Shown: positions 59,182 through 64,000 of the stretch, piece after piece
Position numbering within the stretch: the stretch's first letter is position 1
Layout of the letters: the number at the start of each line of letters is the position of its first letter
DNA from: an uncultured Gammaproteobacteria bacterium
GTDB taxonomy: Bacteria; Patescibacteriota; Microgenomatia; Levybacterales; GWA1-39-11
Direction: 5' to 3'
Assembly (NCBI GenBank): GCA_964511305.1
Contig: CAZEEU010000001.1
Location: 127,214 to 191,213 of the forward strand
DNA: 64,000 nt
Notes under the pieces: model-generated
The model's database searches: none
What the model was told of the DNA's origin: nothing
The model's input: only the letters and a program-made list of their open reading frames with translations
Position numbers and translations under genes: made by a program

Positions 59182-60874
59182 AATTATAATACTTGCTGTC
59201 ATTTTTCTCCTTGCCTTTGCATTACGATTTCACAAATTAGATTCAATCCCAAATGGATACAGAGAAGATGAAACATCCATTGGATACAATGCCTATTCCG
59301 TACTTAAAACCGGCATGGATGAGCATGGAAATAAATATCCACAAAATTTCAAGGCATTCGGGGAATATAAACTCCCTGGATACGTGTATGCAACAGTTCC
59401 TTCTGTTGCAATATTTGGCCTAAATCCTTTTGGCGTAAGATTTATCTCTGCAATTTCTGGATTTCTTATTGTCATTGTTTCTTTCTTTCTTTCAAAAGAA
59501 ATACTTAAAAATCAAAAACATTTATCAGAATGGGGGCCTATCGCCATTTCACTTCTTTTGGCAGTTAACCCTTGGCTTATTTTCTTTTCAAGATCAGCAT
59601 TTGAAGTAACGCTTGCAAATCTTTTTATTATTTCAGGGATATTACTTTTTTTGAAAGGAAAAGAAAGTCAGAAGATGGTCTACTTCATGGTTTCTGCAAT
59701 TCTACTAGCCTTTTCTATATACACATACAATATAGCTCGCCTTTTTACACCAATCCTTTTATTATCTTTAATCCTGATTTATTGGAAAAAAGGCAACTCT
59801 ATTAATGCAAGGACCGCAATTTACTCCTTGGGTACTTTTGCAATAATATTAATTCCTTTTATTTATGGTGCTATTGCAAAAGGTGGAGCTGACTCAACTC
59901 TTGGTACCCTTATTTTTAGTAGTGCGAAAATTCAGGCACCATTACAGGAATTTAGAAGTTATTTTACTGAGATAAGTCCGCTTATGTCAAAGTTATTATT
60001 TAACTACTACTTTATGACATTTTGGCTGTATATCAATAATGTAGTCTCGCATTTTTCTGTTAGTTATTATTTTGTGAATGGAGATGTTTTAGGCAGTTCT
60101 ACTTCCGGGAATGTTGGCCAGTGGTATATTTTTGAACTTCCACTTATAGTCTTGGGAGGAATATTATTCTTCAAATCCAAAACAAAAGAGTCATTGCTAA
60201 TACTTTTATGGGTTGTTGAGCTTATTTTAGTAAGTAGCATTACAAGGGATCCACCTCAGGGCACCCGGACATTCTTTTTGTTATTTCCGATATCTCTACT
60301 TTCATCTATAGGACTAGTTGCAGCAATCGGTTACTTTTCAAAGCTTAAGCAACAAAAAACTAAATACGCAATAAGCCTTTTTGCCAGCGCTATCTGTCTT
60401 TACTATGTAATCTATTTTTTGGCATCGTACTTTGTAAGATTTCCTATTTTTTATGCAAAATATTGGAATACGGCAGATCGTGAGGTTGGGAAATTTATTA
60501 AAGAAAATGGCAGCAAATATAAGACGGTTGTTATTGATCGGGATTCAAGTATAAACTACTCTATAATACTTGCAGAGCTTTTGTATCCTCCTGAAAAATT
60601 TATTAAAGAAGCTGTATGGTCACCTGATGACTCAGAAGGTTTTTCATATCCAACTAAATTTTCAAATATTGAAATTCGTCCAATCGACTGGGAAAAGGAT
60701 ATCAATATGAAAAATCAGCTACTTATCACCTCCCCTGACGGAAAAAAAGCTGACACGGGAATACTTAAAACGATAACTTATCCAAAGCGTCCGGTGGTCT
60801 TTAATAAAGGTCAAGAAATTATGCGCTACCCAATCGAAGAACCTGCTTACTTAATAATTGAAACTAATCGTTAG
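59165..60874 (+). CDS. ArnT/PMT-like GT-C (DE-x3-GYNA subfamily)
   Basis: EDETSIGYNAYSVLKTGMDEHG, GEYKLPGY, NPWLIFFSRSAFE. Confidence 0.83.
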   Translation: MLKKSKIIILAVIFLLAFALRFHKLDSIPNGYREDETSIGYNAYSVLKTGMDEHGNKYPQNFKAFGEYKLPGYVYATVPSVAIFGLNPFGVRFISAISGFLIVIVSFFLSKEILKNQKHLSEWGPIAISLLLAVNPWLIFFSRSAFEVTLANLFIISGILLFLKGKESQKMVYFMVSAILLAFSIYTYNIARLFTPILLLSLILIYWKKGNSINARTAIYSLGTFAIILIPFIYGAIAKGGADSTLGTLIFSSAKIQAPLQEFRSYFTEISPLMSKLLFNYYFMTFWLYINNVVSHFSVSYYFVNGDVLGSSTSGNVGQWYIFELPLIVLGGILFFKSKTKESLLILLWVVELILVSSITRDPPQGTRTFFLLFPISLLSSIGLVAAIGYFSKLKQQKTKYAISLFASAICLYYVIYFLASYFVRFPIFYAKYWNTADREVGKFIKENGSKYKTVVIDRDSSINYSIILAELLYPPEKFIKEAVWSPDDSEGFSYPTKFSNIEIRPIDWEKDINMKNQLLITSPDGKKADTGILKTITYPKRPVVFNKGQEIMRYPIEEPAYLIIETNR

Positions 60875-62507
60875 GTCTGAATGCTACAAAAAGCACATCT
60901 CCCTTAAGATCTTTTAATTCTTTAACAATTTTAGCTTTTCTTGGAACCTCTTTTACTGATGCTATAAAAAGAGTGTCCTTTGTCAAAAGCGCATCATCTG
61001 GAATTTTATTGAGAAAGTAAACATTATCCACTCTTCGTACTCTAATCCAATTATCATTTTCTTTTATAATTTGTTGCGTTCCCGGTCTTTGATATTTATA
61101 AGGATCATATTTTGAATAGAACAGATAGTACGCATACTGCTTGGTATCATTGATTCTGCTTGAAATAATAATTTTGTCATAATTATTTTTCTGAGTATCA
61201 ATATACTTCATTGTTGCTTCATATCCAGACATCTCAAATCGTGAGTAGAAAACTTTAAAATAAGAAAAATAGGTTATACCAAAAAACATAACTTCATATA
61301 TTATCAAGATTAATGGGAATGCTAGAATAAATTTCTTTCTTCTGATCTTATCTACTAAATACACTAAGCCGTATGCGCCTGCGATTTGTGCTGAAGGAAG
61401 AAGTAATAAATATCTTGAATAATGTCCTCCCCCAGTTATGCTATCTGGAATTGGAGACAGAAAAATCCACAACAAAATGAGGACTCCGCCTTTATTTTTC
61501 TTAATAATAAGAATTGCTACTCCAATAATAAAGATTAAATATTCAAATATGTAAAAAAGTCCTCTTTGTGGGAGCGTTGAATACTGTGTTGAAGTTCCAT
61601 TTATGGCAAGTAATTCTGGAGAAAAATGACTAACATAATTTGTCGAAAACTTAGTTGCAAAAACGGAATATTTATTTATGGATATTTTACAAATTATTGA
61701 AGGCAAAACTTTTTGACATTCCCCTCTTTGTTCATTTATTACAGTAATTGTACCGCTGTCCTTTGTTAAATTTACTTGAGAAGATCTTGTTCCTGCTGTC
61801 TTAAGTCCACCAAATATAATTGCAGGCAGCAGTGCAATCACAAAAACGATCAGCGTAATAATTATTTTTCTTTTGGAAACTGTATCTCTGTAGGCAAAAA
61901 TGCAGGCTATTATAAGTAGGGGAGCAAATAATGTGTATGCTGCATATGTATAAATCGATAACGCAAAAAATACCATTGATATATACAAAAATCTTGAAGA
62001 TTTAGTTCCAGTAACAAAAAGGGTGACTGCCAAAAGGGATATGAATACACCAACAATTGACTCAATACCAATCCTACTCATCCCAATATGCCAGGGGTTA
62101 ACCGCAAGCAAAAACATTGAAGCTATGCTTATCCATGATTTTTTCCACAAAATGTAAGATAGAATTCCAGCAAGAAGTATGGTTAAGGATCCGATAGCTG
62201 CTGCAGGATACCGCACTGCATAAGCGGTGAAATCGAAAGCAGCAATGCTTGGTATAACAAGATATGTATACAGAGATGGTCTGTAGTCGCCAAAACCTCT
62301 AAGATATGGGGAAGGCTGCATTTGCCCCCATTGATCTCGTCCGGTAATTAAAATTGAATATGCATCATACCCAGTATCTACTTCGTCATTAGAAAGACCT
62401 GATGGAGTTATTCCTAGATCGTAAAACCTAAAGAATATTCCGATAAAGAAAATTATTACAATCAGTAGAATCTGATACTTTGTAAAAATCCTACTTACTC
62501 TTTGCAT
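60864..62507 (-). CDS. ArnT/PMT-like GT-C (DE-x3-GYDA variant)
   Basis: NDEVDTGYDAYSILITGRDQWG, GDYRPSLY, NPWHIGMSR. Confidence 0.83.
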   Translation of the reverse strand: MQRVSRIFTKYQILLIVIIFFIGIFFRFYDLGITPSGLSNDEVDTGYDAYSILITGRDQWGQMQPSPYLRGFGDYRPSLYTYLVIPSIAAFDFTAYAVRYPAAAIGSLTILLAGILSYILWKKSWISIASMFLLAVNPWHIGMSRIGIESIVGVFISLLAVTLFVTGTKSSRFLYISMVFFALSIYTYAAYTLFAPLLIIACIFAYRDTVSKRKIIITLIVFVIALLPAIIFGGLKTAGTRSSQVNLTKDSGTITVINEQRGECQKVLPSIICKISINKYSVFATKFSTNYVSHFSPELLAINGTSTQYSTLPQRGLFYIFEYLIFIIGVAILIIKKNKGGVLILLWIFLSPIPDSITGGGHYSRYLLLLPSAQIAGAYGLVYLVDKIRRKKFILAFPLILIIYEVMFFGITYFSYFKVFYSRFEMSGYEATMKYIDTQKNNYDKIIISSRINDTKQYAYYLFYSKYDPYKYQRPGTQQIIKENDNWIRVRRVDNVYFLNKIPDDALLTKDTLFIASVKEVPRKAKIVKELKDLKGDVLFVAFRPND

Positions 62508-63999
62508 CTGGGGTTTTTACTTTATATATAGTAAGCGTAGTATTTCCTATTCCCTTTTTATAACTGGCAATTTTTTCGATAGGCCATGTGGTTGGTGCAA
62601 CGCCTGGTAAAGCGCAATGCAAACAGTCTTGGTAAAAGACTACATAGACAGGCTTTATCTCAGCTTCTTTGGCAATTTCTTCAGGGATAGTTTCGTTGAT
62701 TGGCCAATAGCCTTTAAGGGTTATATTGCTGTTGTTAAGAAAATATGTCTCATATGCATGTGGCAATAAGCCGAATGTACCTTGGGTTGCTACATAAATC
62801 GGACCTTTTTTAGACTCATTATTGAAAAATTCGACGCTCTCACCTATTCCACCCCCAGCAGGCCAACCATTTATAAATTGCTCAAGATCAAGTCTTGGAA
62901 TTGGAGCATTAGCAAAATCAAAAATAACATAGTACATCATACGCAGTGGCAATATAGCGATGATTACAATAAAAGCAGCTCTTAACGCTATGTTTTTATA
63001 ACGAACAAATAATTCATATATGCTATACGCTACCAATGGAATTAATGGCAGGGTCATAAATAATATGTATCGTGGATATAGGGTTTTGCCGAGCACACAC
63101 AGTCCTAAGAATGGAATTACAAACCAAGCAACAAGTAGTATTTTTTCTTTCAAAAAGCGTTTTGAAATGAAAAATGAGACAACGGCTAAAAGAACGTATG
63201 GAGGCGTAAAGTAGATCATGAACCAATCCCAGAGACCCATAAAGTTACGCTGAAAATTTGATACCTTATCCATTGGCTGCAGTTTCAACCACTCCCCAAT
63301 CGGATGAACAAAGATTGTATTTTTTTCTGCAATGATATGAAAGAATGGTGAAAGTCGTTGTACTGAATACATTCCATAAGCAATCACTGCACTAACAATT
63401 ACAAGAACCATAAATTTTATCAATTTTTGTTTTCTTACTTTGTCAGAAAAATTAAAAAGTAACAGAAGAACTGGTGTTAGATATAGTGATAAAAATCCAG
63501 ACGATTTAGTAAGAACTGACCCACCAAGTATAAAACCCAAAATCATCGCAAGGTCCAATCTCAACCTTCTTACAAGCAATATTTGAAAATAAAGAGACCA
63601 CACAAAAAATGCAGCAGTCATGCTTTCATAAATTGCTAATCTGTCATATACCAATAGAAAGGGAAATAGAACGGTAAGGGCAACTGCAATTAAAGAGATT
63701 ACTCGCATACTATTCTTCTCCTTTGATGCAAATATTTCTCTCGTTAAGAAATAGATGCCAACACAAACTAAAAATCCAGCAAATACAGAAACTAGTCTCC
63801 CCGCAAGCAATGGGTCATCAATAAGCTTCATCATAATGCTATCCGCCCAGATAAAAGATGGATTTTTTCCGTCGGTAAGTGAAATAAATCTCCAGTTGGA
63901 GTCAGATTTGGCAATTTGTGCCCATCTCGTGTATATGGCCTCATCCGTAAAAATCGGAAGGGAGGTTATGTTAAGAAGTCTGGTTGCAACAAAAACCAC
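62491..63999 (-). CDS. ArnT/PMT-like GT-C glycosyltransferase (N-terminus probably outside the window)
   Basis: PIFTDEAIYTRW, DGKNP, AGRLVS, LTKS, YPRY. Confidence 0.8.
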   Translation of the reverse strand: MVFVATRLLNITSLPIFTDEAIYTRWAQIAKSDSNWRFISLTDGKNPSFIWADSIMMKLIDDPLLAGRLVSVFAGFLVCVGIYFLTREIFASKEKNSMRVISLIAVALTVLFPFLLVYDRLAIYESMTAAFFVWSLYFQILLVRRLRLDLAMILGFILGGSVLTKSSGFLSLYLTPVLLLLFNFSDKVRKQKLIKFMVLVIVSAVIAYGMYSVQRLSPFFHIIAEKNTIFVHPIGEWLKLQPMDKVSNFQRNFMGLWDWFMIYFTPPYVLLAVVSFFISKRFLKEKILLVAWFVIPFLGLCVLGKTLYPRYILFMTLPLIPLVAYSIYELFVRYKNIALRAAFIVIIAILPLRMMYYVIFDFANAPIPRLDLEQFINGWPAGGGIGESVEFFNNESKKGPIYVATQGTFGLLPHAYETYFLNNSNITLKGYWPINETIPEEIAKEAEIKPVYVVFYQDCLHCALPGVAPTTWPIEKIASYKKGIGNTTLTIYKVKTPDAKSK

Positions 64000-64000
64000 T

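Noticed and set aside
1-64000. Alternative genetic code (TGA read as Gly/Trp), prophage or IS elements
   Set aside because: TGA acts as a stop in several ATGA gene overlaps, ORFs are full length in code 11, and no phage or transposase genes were recognised.

Overview
AT-rich, very densely packed bacterial window that is almost entirely one cell-surface glycosylation super-locus of about 48 genes, mostly on the minus strand and translationally coupled. A Patescibacteria/CPR, Microgenomates-like origin is inferred from the gene families, a DUF5652-like gene and the lack of obvious Shine-Dalgarno motifs. About 24 genes encode polytopic GT-C-type (polyprenol-phosphate-sugar-dependent) glycosyltransferase candidates: six 'DE-x3-GY(N/D)A' ArnT/PMT-like paralogs, four 'PTPS-related', three YfhO-like, one GT87-like, one 1111-aa AftD-like, a convergent pair of unassigned paralogs and several singletons. 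The rest includes nine GT2s (three look like polyprenol-P-sugar synthases), three GT4s, two Wzx-type flippases, two SAM methyltransferases and nucleotide-sugar enzymes (GalE, an SDR epimerase, an ArnB/SpsC-like aminotransferase, a WecD-like GNAT and a ColD-like His-type enzyme). Non-coding signals: a four-helix-bundle (IVP/Avd-like) gene flanked by inverted 7-nt-period repeats, a gene-less 7-nt-period hairpin (30-nt arms) that appears to form a 5' leader, and several -10 boxes placed 6-7 nt before start codons (candidate leaderless mRNAs). No rRNA, tRNA, CRISPR, transposase or reverse transcriptase was seen. All family calls come from motif recognition by eye, not database searches.
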